Shown here: positions 54,375-63,734 of the stretch, piece after piece
Position numbering within the stretch: position 1 is the stretch's first letter
Layout: each line of letters begins with the position of its first letter
Assembly: GCA_964490725.1 (NCBI GenBank)
Contig: CAZBDU010000014.1
Coordinates: 8,866 to 72,865 of the forward strand
Source of the DNA: an uncultured Spirochaetaceae bacterium
Lineage (GTDB): Bacteria > Spirochaetota > Spirochaetia > SZUA-6 > DRHE01
Direction of reading: 5' to 3'
DNA length: 64,000 nucleotides
The notes under the pieces: model-generated
What the model was told of the DNA's origin: nothing
Seen by the model: the letters and a program-made list of their open reading frames with translations, nothing else
The model's database searches: none
Translations under genes and position numbers: made by a program

Positions 54375-55484
54375 GTGGTGCCGGTGGCCAGGCAGAATCT
54401 ATGGCATGACAGAGTCAAAGCGCTGATGAGCGTTGGCGGAGTGGTCCTCAGCGTCTTCCTGATCTTCACGATGTACGGGGTGTACAGAGGGATCAACGGC
54501 GTGATGGAGGACATGGTTTTCGGGACCGGAGCGGACCTGTGGATCACTCAGGAAGGGACCAGCGGCTCGGTGCACAGCCCCTCGGTGCTTCCCGCCGGCA
54601 TCGGTGCGCGGCTTGCGGGCATTGCCGGGGTCGCGGAGCACGCGCCGCTCATTCGCACGGCGGTGAGCTACCGCGACGGCGGCGGGGAGACCGCGCTGCT
54701 GTTCCTCAACGGCTATCGGACCACCGGGAGCCTCGGCGGACCCTGGAGCGTCGTGGCCGGGAAGCGCAGCCCGGGACCGGGGGAGGTTCTGCTGGATCGC
54801 TCCTTTGCGGGCAGGCAGGGGCTGCGCATCGGCGGGCGCATCACCCTGAGGGGGCAGCAGTACCAGATTGCCGGACTGACGGAGCGGACCAACATGATGG
54901 TGGGCTTCTTCGTTTTCCTGCGGTATCAGGACGCCGCTCGCTTTCTGCCTGCAGGGCTGACCAACAGCCACCTGGTGCGGCTCCAGCCGCGAGCCGGCGC
55001 CGCGGAGGTGCGCGCCCGGATTCTGCAGCGCCTCGAGGGGGTCAGCGTTCGCACGAGCCGGCAGATCGCCGCCGCCTACAAGGAGGAGGTGGTCGGCAGC
55101 TTTCTCCCGATCCTGCTGGTGCTCAGCCTGGTGGCTCTCGTGGTGGGGGTCCTGGTGGTGGGGTTGCTGATATACATGCTGACCGTCGAGAAGAGCAGGG
55201 AGTACGGGATCATCAAGGCCATGGGAGGTACCAACGCTCAGCTGTACCGGATCGTGCTCTCCCAGTCTCTCATCGTGTCGGTGGGGGGCTACGTTCTGGG
55301 AGCCGCGACGTCGTTCCCCCTGATGGCGCTCATCCGCAGCGCGGTTCCCGAGTTCCTGGCGGTGCTGGATCCCAGGCTTGTCCTCATGGGGCTGCCGCTG
55401 TTCGTTCTCACTGGAATCGCCGCCTCCCTCATCCCGGTGCGGCGGATCGCCGGGATCGACCCGGCCGTGGTGTTCAAGCGCTGA
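54375..55484 (+). CDS. FtsX/MacB-type ABC transporter permease
   Basis: (V)VPVARQNLWHDRVKALMSVGGVVLSV, a large periplasmic loop, then three C-terminal TM helices with ..EYGIIKAMGGTN... GGGAGG lies 5-8 nt before GTG 54375/54378. Confidence 0.8.
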   Translation: MVPVARQNLWHDRVKALMSVGGVVLSVFLIFTMYGVYRGINGVMEDMVFGTGADLWITQEGTSGSVHSPSVLPAGIGARLAGIAGVAEHAPLIRTAVSYRDGGGETALLFLNGYRTTGSLGGPWSVVAGKRSPGPGEVLLDRSFAGRQGLRIGGRITLRGQQYQIAGLTERTNMMVGFFVFLRYQDAARFLPAGLTNSHLVRLQPRAGAAEVRARILQRLEGVSVRTSRQIAAAYKEEVVGSFLPILLVLSLVALVVGVLVVGLLIYMLTVEKSREYGIIKAMGGTNAQLYRIVLSQSLIVSVGGYVLGAATSFPLMALIRSAVPEFLAVLDPRLVLMGLPLFVLTGIAASLIPVRRIAGIDPAVVFKR

Positions 55485-55522
55485 AGAGCGCAGATCGTGC
55501 GAGGGGTCCGTGTGAGGGGTCG

Positions 55523-56371
55523 ATGATGCAGCCGGCCAGGATGATCGAGCTGGACAGGGTAACCAAGACCTACGGCGCCGGTCATACGGCGGTCCATGCC
55601 CTGCGGGAGGTCAGCCTCCACGTCGAGCGGGGAGAGATCGTCCTGGTCATGGGCCCCTCGGGATCGGGGAAGACGACGCTTCTGCAGACAGTGGGCGCCC
55701 TGCTGCGGCCCACCTTCGGGGCGGTCCGGGTGGCCGGCGCGGACCTCGGTGCGCTCAAGGCGGCCGCCCTTGCGCGGCTGCGCCTGGGTACCTTCGGCTT
55801 CATCTGCCAGAGCCACAACCTCCTTGCGTCGCTGTCAGCGCTGCAGAACGTCGAGCTGCCCCTGGACCTGGCCGGGCGCAGGGGCGGCTTCGCACGGGAG
55901 AAGGCGCAGGGCCTGCTGCGGCAAATGGGTCTCTCCGGGAGAGCCCACCACCTTCCCGCGCAGCTCAGCGGCGGGGAACAGCAGCGGGTGGCGGTGGCCC
56001 GGGCCCTGGCGAACGATCCGCCGGTCCTGCTGGCCGACGAGCCAACCGCCAGCCTGGACTCCAAGAGCGGCTACGACGTGGTGGAGACGATCCGCCGGCT
56101 GGCCCGCGAGCGCGGGAGCACGGTGCTGATCGTGACCCACGACGCCCGCATCAAGAACCTGGCGGATCGGGTTCTGTGGCTGGAGGACGGGCGCCTGCGG
56201 CTGGAGCGGGCCGCCGCCGGGACGGCGGTGGACCCGGTCTGCCTGATGGTGGTCGATCCAGCGGGCGCCGCGTACCGCTGGGAGCGGCTCGGGAGGCGGT
56301 ATTACTTCTGCTCGGGGGAGTGCCGGGACCGTTTCCAGGCCCATCCCGAGCGCTTCGACTACGGGGCGTGA
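55523..56371 (+). CDS. MacB/LolD-type ABC ATPase with a C-terminal YHS/TRASH domain
   Basis: GPSGSGKTTL, LSGGEQQRVAVARAL and LLADEPT motifs. C-terminus VDPVCLMVVDPAGAAYRWERLGRRYYFCSGECRDRFQAHPERF. Confidence 0.9.
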   Translation: MMQPARMIELDRVTKTYGAGHTAVHALREVSLHVERGEIVLVMGPSGSGKTTLLQTVGALLRPTFGAVRVAGADLGALKAAALARLRLGTFGFICQSHNLLASLSALQNVELPLDLAGRRGGFAREKAQGLLRQMGLSGRAHHLPAQLSGGEQQRVAVARALANDPPVLLADEPTASLDSKSGYDVVETIRRLARERGSTVLIVTHDARIKNLADRVLWLEDGRLRLERAAAGTAVDPVCLMVVDPAGAAYRWERLGRRYYFCSGECRDRFQAHPERFDYGA

Positions 56372-56489
56372 AGCCCGCAGCCCGCCTGGCTGCCCGCGCC
56401 CAGCCGGGACGGCCCGGGGGGGGTTGGGGGGGCGGTGCGGGCGGCTCGAGTTGACAGCCCAAAACCCTTCCGTATACGCTTTGAACGGT

Positions 56490-57758
56490 ATGAAGCGCGG
56501 CTCACCGGCGCCGGCCGGACAGCGGAAGCGTCCCAAGACCGCCTCGCCAGGCTCCGGGGAACGGAAGCGGGAGCGGCGCACCGGCGCGGAAGGCGACGCC
56601 CTGTCTGAGCGCTCCGTCGCGTTCCTGCGCAACCTGATCCTCAGCTCCGTGGACGGAGTGATCGCCGCCGACATGACCGGCAAGATCCTCATCTTCAACG
56701 AGGGCGCGGCATCCATCCTGGGCTACAGTCCGGAAGAGGGCAGGAGGCTGAACATTCGCAGCCTGTACCCGGGCCAGGGAGCGCGCCGGGTGATGGGGAA
56801 GCTGCGCGGCGAGGAGTTCGGCGGGAGCGGCAAGCTGCGCTCCTATTCCGTGGAGCTGCGCAGCAAGAGCGGCGAGCTGATCCCCATCAGCCTGAACGCC
56901 TCCATCGTGCGCGAGGGCGGACGTGAGGTGGCTACCATCGGCTTCTTCCACGACATGCGGGAGGCCATCCGCATGAAGCGAGAGCTGGAGCAGACCCAGC
57001 TGCAGCTCCTGCAGTCCGAGAAGATGGCCTCGCTGGGCAAGCTGGCCGCCGGCGTGGCCCACCAGCTGAACAACCCCTTGAACGGCATCACCCTGTACAC
57101 GCGCCTGGTGATGGAGGAGTACGAGCTGCAGGACGACGTGCGCAAGGACCTGAGGCGGGTGCTGCGCGACGTGGAGCGCTGCCGCCGGACGGTGCGGGAG
57201 CTGCTGGAGTTTGCCCGCCAGACCCGGCAGGAGGTACGTCCCCAGGACGTGAACCGGGCCATCTCCAGGACCCTGTTCCTGCTGGAGAACCAGTCCCTGT
57301 TCCAGAACATCGAGATCCAGCGGCAGCTCGGCTCCTCCCTGCCGCAGGTACCGATGGACATCCAGCAGATCGGGCACGTGCTCATGAACCTCATCCTCAA
57401 CGCCGCCGAGGCGATCGACGGCAGGGGCAAGCTGGTGGTGCGCTCCTACACCGCTCGCGGCGGGGATCGGGTGTGCATCGAGATCTCGGACACCGGTCCC
57501 GGGATCCCCAAGGAGGTGCTCCCCCACATCTTCGAGCCCTTCTACACCACCAAGGAGCAGGGCAAGGGCACCGGGCTGGGGCTGAGCATGGTGTACGGGA
57601 TCGTGAAGAATCACCACGGCAGCATCCGGGTGGCCAGCACACCGGGCCAGGGGGCAACCTTCACGGTGGAGCTGCCGGTGGACCCCGAGGCCGGCGAAGA
57701 GGGGGGCGGCGCAGCGGACGGCGGCGGGGCGCCGAGAGGCGGAGCGGACCGTGGCTGA
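56490..57758 (+). CDS. Cytoplasmic PAS-domain sensor histidine kinase
   Basis: PAS domain (..VDGVIAADMTGKILIFNEGAASILGY..), H-box LAAGVAHQLNNPLN, and N, G1 and G2 boxes (..NLILNAAEA.., DTGPGI, GTGLGLS). No TM segment is evident. Confidence 0.85.
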   Translation: MKRGSPAPAGQRKRPKTASPGSGERKRERRTGAEGDALSERSVAFLRNLILSSVDGVIAADMTGKILIFNEGAASILGYSPEEGRRLNIRSLYPGQGARRVMGKLRGEEFGGSGKLRSYSVELRSKSGELIPISLNASIVREGGREVATIGFFHDMREAIRMKRELEQTQLQLLQSEKMASLGKLAAGVAHQLNNPLNGITLYTRLVMEEYELQDDVRKDLRRVLRDVERCRRTVRELLEFARQTRQEVRPQDVNRAISRTLFLLENQSLFQNIEIQRQLGSSLPQVPMDIQQIGHVLMNLILNAAEAIDGRGKLVVRSYTARGGDRVCIEISDTGPGIPKEVLPHIFEPFYTTKEQGKGTGLGLSMVYGIVKNHHGSIRVASTPGQGATFTVELPVDPEAGEEGGGAADGGGAPRGGADRG

Positions 57759-59304
57759 GAGGAACGAAGCCAGGACCGGGAAGGAGCCGCGGGAAGCGGT
57801 GAAGGAACCCTTGAGGGTCCTGGTGGTGGACGACGAGGAGGACACCCGCGACGGCTGCCAGCGGATCCTCTCGCGGATGGGCTACCACACCTCCACCGCC
57901 CCCCGGGGAGACACGGCCCTGCAAATGCTTCAGGAGCGGCCCGCGGAGATCGTTCTCCTGGATCTGAAGATGCCGGGGCCCGACGGAATGGAGGTCCTGC
58001 GCTGCATCCGCGAACGTCACCAGGAGACGCTGATCGTCGTCATCACCGGCTTTGCCACCGTGGAGCTGGCCATCGAGGCCATGAAGCTGGGAGCCTACGA
58101 CTTCATCGCCAAGCCCTTCGACCCGGACGGGCTGCGGATCGTGGTCAGGCGAGCCGAGGAGCGCATCCGGCTGAGCCGCGAGGCGGAACGGTTGGCCGAG
58201 GAGCGCCGCCGGACCCTCAACGACCTGGGCGCGGAGAAGAGCCGCACGCGGACGGTGATCGAATCGCTTCCCACCGGCGTGGTGGTGACCAACGTGGAGG
58301 GCAGGGCCGTGTTGGTCAACCCCGCCTTCCTGCAGCAGGTGGGCCTGCCTGCCGACACCGCGCCGGGCCAGCCCATCAAGGCTTACGTGAAGGATGCGGG
58401 GCTTTGCGACCTGGTGCTGGAGATCTCCCGGGGGAATATCACCCACCTGGAGGAGATCCCCGCCTGCGAGTTCACCACCGCCGGTGGAAGGCACCTTCTG
58501 GGCCGGGGGCGGCCGGTGGTTTCCGAGAGCGGCGAGTGTCTGGGTGCGGCCATGACCGTGGCGGACATCACGGTGCTGCGGGAGCTTGACCGGCTGAAAT
58601 CGGAATTCGTGGCGGAAGTGTCCCATGAGCTGCGCTCTCCGCTTTCCACCATTCACGAGCAGCTTGCCCTGGTGGCGCGGGACATCGCGGAGGGGAAGTC
58701 GACGGAGGACCTGCCAATCCTGCTGCGCGCCCTGGAGAAGACCCACGAGCTGATCTCGCTGGTGGGGGACCTGCTCGATCTTTCGCGTATCGAGTCGGGC
58801 ACGGCCTACCGGGAGGCCCGCCCTCTGCGCCTGGAGGAGCTGCTGGGCGGCGTGGTCGGTTTCCTCAAGTCCAGGGCGGAGACCCGCCGGCAGAGCCTAT
58901 CTCTGGAGCTGCCGGAGCAGCCGCTGCCCGAGTTGAAGGCTGACCCCTTTGCCCTGGAGAGCATCTTTGGGAACCTGGTCAGCAACGCCATCAACTACAC
59001 CCAGGAGGGCGGCAGGATCAGGGTGAAGGTAAGCCGCCGGGACGGGCAGGTCGCGGTGGCAGTGACCGACAACGGCATGGGGATAGAGCCCGGGCATCTG
59101 GAACGAATTTTCGACCGCTTCTACCGGGTGAAGAACGAGAAGACCCGCAACATCCGCGGCACCGGGCTGGGACTGCCCATCGTGAAGGGCCTTCTGGAGG
59201 CCCTGGGCGGAACCATCAAGGTGAAGAGCACTCCCGGCAAGGGGAGCACCTTTACCGTGACGATTCCCCTGAAGGAGGCCCCCCGGCAGGGAGTCAGGGA
59301 ATAG
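57751..59304 (+). CDS. Hybrid receiver-PAS-histidine kinase
   Basis: REC domain VLVVDDEEDT..IVLLDLKMPGPDG..DFIAKP, then PAS, then EVSHELRSPLSTI and DNGMGI..GTGLGLPI. GTG overlaps the upstream stop. Confidence 0.85.
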   Translation: MAERNEARTGKEPREAVKEPLRVLVVDDEEDTRDGCQRILSRMGYHTSTAPRGDTALQMLQERPAEIVLLDLKMPGPDGMEVLRCIRERHQETLIVVITGFATVELAIEAMKLGAYDFIAKPFDPDGLRIVVRRAEERIRLSREAERLAEERRRTLNDLGAEKSRTRTVIESLPTGVVVTNVEGRAVLVNPAFLQQVGLPADTAPGQPIKAYVKDAGLCDLVLEISRGNITHLEEIPACEFTTAGGRHLLGRGRPVVSESGECLGAAMTVADITVLRELDRLKSEFVAEVSHELRSPLSTIHEQLALVARDIAEGKSTEDLPILLRALEKTHELISLVGDLLDLSRIESGTAYREARPLRLEELLGGVVGFLKSRAETRRQSLSLELPEQPLPELKADPFALESIFGNLVSNAINYTQEGGRIRVKVSRRDGQVAVAVTDNGMGIEPGHLERIFDRFYRVKNEKTRNIRGTGLGLPIVKGLLEALGGTIKVKSTPGKGSTFTVTIPLKEAPRQGVRE

Positions 59305-59364
59305 GTTCCGGCTCAGCCCGCTCCTCGCCGCCTCATTCCCGGACAAGGCCACCGCTCCGGCCCG

Positions 59365-61383
59365 TCAGCTGCTTCCGTCGCCCCGGGCTGCCTGCTCCCG
59401 GGCGCGCTTCCTGGCCTCTCTCTTCTCGGCGTGGCTCAGCCTGCGGTACGGCTCGATTCCCAGCCTCTTGGCGGTGTGGTCCTTGCCCAGGTAGAAGTTG
59501 AGCCACGAAGGGGTCTGCCACAGAGCCCAGTTGCAGGGGGGCGCGATGTGATCCTCGATCTTCTCCTGCTCCTTGAAGACCTTCAGCCTGTCGTAGGCCT
59601 GCACCCAGATGCATTGCCGCTCGCCCGGGTACACTTCGCACCATCCCTCGTAGCTGCCGCCGCAGGGTCCGTTGCGCTGCTGCTTCGGGCACTGCGACAT
59701 GGGGCAGACGTAGGCCACGTCGAAGAGGCCGCAGTCCCCGCAGTTCATGCAGTCGAACATCACCACCTTGGCGAGGTGCTCGAAAAAGCCGAAGGTCTTG
59801 CGGGAGCGCGGCCTGGCGTCGATGCGCGCGGCCACGGGGCGCAGCATGCGGAACAGCGCGCTCTTCTCGTTGAACAGGACGCTGTGCGCCACCCGGGACA
59901 TGCGGTACACCGTGGGGGCCCGCCCCCTGGCCGTCCGGGGCGCCGGGGCGTCGGTGTTCAGCCCCGTGCGCTCGTCCTTCTGGAAGAAGTAGAAGCCGTT
60001 TTCTTGTGGATAGTCGAACTCCCGAACCAGGTCCTCCCAGCCCGAGGCCAGCCGCTCACCCTCGTCGACGATGTACTCCACGTTCTCGTAGCTGATTCCG
60101 TGGCCCCCGATGTGCGCGCCGGCGCAGCCCATCCCCTTGGCGATGGCGTACTGCCTGGCCGCCCGCAGGAGCCGGGCGCCCTTGCCCTTGTCATCGGCCT
60201 TGGCCTCCGCGGCGGTTTCCGCCAGCAGCTTGTCCGTGACCACGCAGCCCGGCACACCATTTGCGTTCATGAGCCTGGCCGCCCCGTGGGGCAGCACGTA
60301 GACGTTGGCCAGCACCGGGATGGAGAGGCCCTGGAGCTTCAGCCACTGCAGGACCTCGTGGACCTTGCGGGCGTCGTAGCCGACCTGGGTGATGATGAAC
60401 CGCGCCCCGCTGTCGATCTTCTTCTTCAGCTTGGCGTACTGGCCCATGATCTCCGACTCCCGCTGCTTGAACGGAGACACGCACGCGCCGGCGAAAAGCT
60501 CCGTGCCCGCCAGGGTGATGGTCTTGTTCATCACCTTGTGCTCCAGGCCGCGGTTCATCTCCTCCACCAGCCGCAGCACGTTGGGTGGGTCCAGGTCGAA
60601 GACCGGCTTGGGGGTGCCCTCGAAGGCCTCCGTGGAGGGATAGTCGCCGGAGAGGATCAGGACGTTCCGCACTCCTTCGGCGGCCACTCCGTAGAGCATG
60701 CTCTCGATGGTGTTGCGGTTCTTGTCGCGGCAGGCCAGGTGCACCAGCGGCTCCATGTTGGAGCGCTTGATCTGGGCGCAGAGCATCTCGGTGGACAGGG
60801 CGGGATTGCCGCCGGGGTTGTCGGTCACGCTGATGGCGTGCACCCTTGCTCCGGCCGCGGCCCTGGCCACGTTGTCGATCAGCTTCTCCTGCTGGATCTC
60901 GAAAGCGCCCCGGCCCGGGATCTGCTCCCAGGTCACGCAGAACACCTCGGGATCCAGGATGGCTTCACGCAGGAGGTTCGCCTTTCTCCGGAGGCCCCGG
61001 TCCATCGCCTCGCGCAGCCCCGCCGCCTCCAGGGAGGCCTGCTTTGCCTCTCCGGAAGCCAGGGCGAGGTAGTCCTCGGCCTCCATCCGCATGGCTTCCT
61101 CGGTGGTCCACCTGCGGCCGATGTCCACCACCACGAGGGGGATGTGCTTGGTGATCCACCCAGAGCGCAGCTTCTGGTGCAGGCGGAACGAGGTTCCCCG
61201 TGGCTCCAGGTGCCCCAGCAGGACGGCGTCGGGCCGGTCGCGCCGGGCTACGGCCAGTCCCTCCTGCTCGTTCGCGGCCTGATCCACCTGGAATCCGTCC
61301 TCCAGCAGCCGGGCCGCCGACTCGCGGAAATCCGCCTCACTCGCTATGACCAGCACTTTGCGTCTGGTTTGACCGTTGTCCAT
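59365..61383 (-). CDS. Degenerate receiver domain + methylenetetrahydrofolate reductase (MetF-like) + C-terminal Cys-rich MetV-like domain, as one fusion protein
   Basis: REC-like KVLVIASEAD..PDAVLLGHLEP, with Gly where the phospho-acceptor Asp is expected. MTHFR core ..HLACRDKNRN..LILSGDYP... C-terminus FDCMNCGDCGL..VCPMSQCPKQQRNGPCGG. Confidence 0.8.
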   Translation of the reverse strand: MDNGQTRRKVLVIASEADFRESAARLLEDGFQVDQAANEQEGLAVARRDRPDAVLLGHLEPRGTSFRLHQKLRSGWITKHIPLVVVDIGRRWTTEEAMRMEAEDYLALASGEAKQASLEAAGLREAMDRGLRRKANLLREAILDPEVFCVTWEQIPGRGAFEIQQEKLIDNVARAAAGARVHAISVTDNPGGNPALSTEMLCAQIKRSNMEPLVHLACRDKNRNTIESMLYGVAAEGVRNVLILSGDYPSTEAFEGTPKPVFDLDPPNVLRLVEEMNRGLEHKVMNKTITLAGTELFAGACVSPFKQRESEIMGQYAKLKKKIDSGARFIITQVGYDARKVHEVLQWLKLQGLSIPVLANVYVLPHGAARLMNANGVPGCVVTDKLLAETAAEAKADDKGKGARLLRAARQYAIAKGMGCAGAHIGGHGISYENVEYIVDEGERLASGWEDLVREFDYPQENGFYFFQKDERTGLNTDAPAPRTARGRAPTVYRMSRVAHSVLFNEKSALFRMLRPVAARIDARPRSRKTFGFFEHLAKVVMFDCMNCGDCGLFDVAYVCPMSQCPKQQRNGPCGGSYEGWCEVYPGERQCIWVQAYDRLKVFKEQEKIEDHIAPPCNWALWQTPSWLNFYLGKDHTAKRLGIEPYRRLSHAEKREARKRAREQAARGDGSS

Positions 61384-61406
61384 CGTCTCTCTCCGGTTTG
61401 ATGCGT

Positions 61407-61796
61407 TTAGATCTTGAGCAGTCTCTTCAGGCTCGCGACGATCTGCTCGGCGGAAGCCGGCTTGGGCAGATACTCGTCCGCATTCATGGTCATCCCATCG
61501 TAGTGGGAGTAGCGCGTGGAGGGCACCTTGGAAGCCACCGCCGTCAGCAGGATCACGGGAATGCGCGCGTACTTCGGGGCTTCCTTCAGCTGCGCGCACA
61601 CCTGGTAGCCGTCCTTGCCGGGCATCATCACGTCCAGCACGATCGCGTCCGGCGGGCTGGCCTCCACCTTGGCCAGCCCCTCCTCTCCGTCGTAGGCCAC
61701 CTCCACGGCGAAGCCCGCCCGTTCGAGATTGACCTTGAGCACCGAGACGAAGTCCGGCTCGTCGTCCACCACCAGGATCGTCTTTTGCTCGCTCAT
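61407..61796 (-). CDS. Single-domain CheY-like response regulator
   Basis: ILVVDDEPDF..DAIVLDVMMPGKDG..EYLPKP, with intact acidic pocket, Asp and Lys. Confidence 0.9.
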   Translation of the reverse strand: MSEQKTILVVDDEPDFVSVLKVNLERAGFAVEVAYDGEEGLAKVEASPPDAIVLDVMMPGKDGYQVCAQLKEAPKYARIPVILLTAVASKVPSTRYSHYDGMTMNADEYLPKPASAEQIVASLKRLLKI

Positions 61797-61812
61797 GTTG
61801 GAACCCCCTTCT

Positions 61813-62706
61813 TCAGCTTTCCGCAGGCTGCGGACCGACAGGGATTTCGGATCCCAGGATCTCCGGCACTCTGGCTTCCCAGCCCACCGTGGACAGCACG
61901 ACTCCCGCGGCCCCCTCTCTGCGGAGGGCCGCCACCATCTCCGCGGCGATGCGCACGCACTCCCGGGAGGCCTCTTCGGCGTCCTGGATGCGTTCGATCA
62001 CTGCGGCGGGCAGGTGGATCTTCCCGCTGTGGGCGGCGATGTAGCGGGCCATGCCCAGGGACTTGAGAAGGAGGACGGTGGGCACCACTTTCAAGCCCCT
62101 GGCCGCCTCCATCAGCGCGCGCACATGAGCCAGGTCGAAAACCGGGGAGGTGACGAAGTAGGCCGCGCCCCGCTCCGCCTGAGCCTTCATCTCCTCCACG
62201 GCGGCCGCCAGCTCCTTGCCCGGGAGTCCCGCCCGGACGCTGGCGCCCGTAAGGAAGCGGGGCGCCCCGGCGAGCTCGCCCCCGGCCATGTCCCGGCCCT
62301 GCCCCAGCCCCCGGATCGTCTCCAGGAGCTCGGTCACCTGGAGATCGTTGACCTCCTGCGCCTGATGATGGTCCCCCAGCCGGGCCTCCTCGGCGCTGCT
62401 CACCAGGAGATTGCGCACACCGAGAGCGCCGGCGGCGAGGAGGTCTGCCTGCAGAGCCAGCCGGTTGCGGTCGCGGCAGCAGACTTCCATGAGGGTTTCC
62501 AGGCCCTGCCGCTGCAGAAGCGCCGCCACACCTAGTGCGCTCATCCGCAGGACGGCGGCGGTCATGTCCGGCACCAGCAGGGCATCCACATGGCCCTCGA
62601 GCTGAGTCGCCTTGTCGAGCATGCCGGCCACGTCGATGCCTTTGGGCGGCGTGATTTCGGCCAGGACCAGGAACTCTCCCCTGTCCAACTTGTCTTTCGG
62701 GTCCAT
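61813..62706 (-). CDS. Methylenetetrahydrofolate reductase-like protein (second MetF-family paralog)
   Basis: ..LAEITPPKG..EVCCRDRNRLALQADLLAAGALGVRNLLV..AYFVTSPVFD.. parallels the MTHFR core of the neighbouring fusion protein. Confidence 0.7.
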   Translation of the reverse strand: MDPKDKLDRGEFLVLAEITPPKGIDVAGMLDKATQLEGHVDALLVPDMTAAVLRMSALGVAALLQRQGLETLMEVCCRDRNRLALQADLLAAGALGVRNLLVSSAEEARLGDHHQAQEVNDLQVTELLETIRGLGQGRDMAGGELAGAPRFLTGASVRAGLPGKELAAAVEEMKAQAERGAAYFVTSPVFDLAHVRALMEAARGLKVVPTVLLLKSLGMARYIAAHSGKIHLPAAVIERIQDAEEASRECVRIAAEMVAALRREGAAGVVLSTVGWEARVPEILGSEIPVGPQPAES

Positions 62707-62975
62707 CCGAACGCCTCCTTCCACCTGACCCTCCGCCCGATGCTCCTGCCCGGGCCGGGCTACGCCCCCGGGTCTGTCCCTCGCCGCCGCGCTGCGCAGG
62801 CGGGTGCCTGAGTCGACCGGCACGGCGAGGGTGAGCCGCTGATTTCAGGAAATCGGAGTTTTACCACCGCGGCGGCGCCATTCTACGCCCTCCCTGGAGG
62901 ATTTGCAAGCACTCGAAGAAAACCGACCGCGGTCCTCGGTTGCCGCAGCCGCCGTCCCTGACCTATGATGGGCTC

Positions 62976-63734
62976 ATGCTCGATCTGCGCGGGGGCCACG
63001 CCGCGGAGCCGGTCGTTCTCTACCGTGACGACAGTGTGGTGGTGGTGGACAAGCCGCCGGGGACCATGGTGCACCGCAATACCTGGGAGCCGCGGATCGA
63101 AAGCTGCGTGGAGATCCTGGGGAGGCGGTTGGGCAAGGCTGTGCTTCCCGTGCACCGCATCGATCGCGCCACCTCCGGGGCGGTGGTGTTCGCGCTGGAC
63201 AGCCGGGCCGCCGCCGCCCTGGCCGGGCAGTTCCGGCTGCGATCGGTGGCCAAGACCTATCTGGCGATCGTACGCGGGCACCTGGAGCATGCCGTGGAGG
63301 TGGACCATCCCATCCGGCAGCCGGAGCGGGTGCTGCCGGCGCGCTCCACCGTGACACCCCTGGCAAGGGCGGTGTTTCCCGAGCCCGCCGGCATCTACCA
63401 GGAGGCGTGGTACAGCCTGGTGCGGGTGGATCTGCACACGGGGCGCAGCCACCAGGCGCGCCGGCACCTTCGACACCTGGGCCACCCGGTGATCGGCGAC
63501 AGGCGCTACGGAGACAGGGCCCAGAACCGCTTCTTCGCCGGCCGCTTCGGCACGACGGAGATGTTCCTGCGGGCCTACTCGCTGAGCTTCGCGCACCCGG
63601 TGAGCGACCGGGGCGTGGAGGTGTGCACCGGCGTTCCCGGGCGCTGGAGGGAGGTGGCCGCGGCGGTAGGGCTGCCTGTTCCGGCGGAGCTGCTGCGGTC
63701 CGCCGGGGTCCGCCTCCTGGGGGCTACCGCGTGA
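62976..63734 (+). CDS. RluA-family pseudouridine synthase (TruC-like)
   Basis: VVVDKPPGTMVH..PVHRIDRATSGAVVFA..GRSHQARRHL. An upstream TTG 62940 start is possible. Confidence 0.85.
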   Translation: MLDLRGGHAAEPVVLYRDDSVVVVDKPPGTMVHRNTWEPRIESCVEILGRRLGKAVLPVHRIDRATSGAVVFALDSRAAAALAGQFRLRSVAKTYLAIVRGHLEHAVEVDHPIRQPERVLPARSTVTPLARAVFPEPAGIYQEAWYSLVRVDLHTGRSHQARRHLRHLGHPVIGDRRYGDRAQNRFFAGRFGTTEMFLRAYSLSFAHPVSDRGVEVCTGVPGRWREVAAAVGLPVPAELLRSAGVRLLGATA

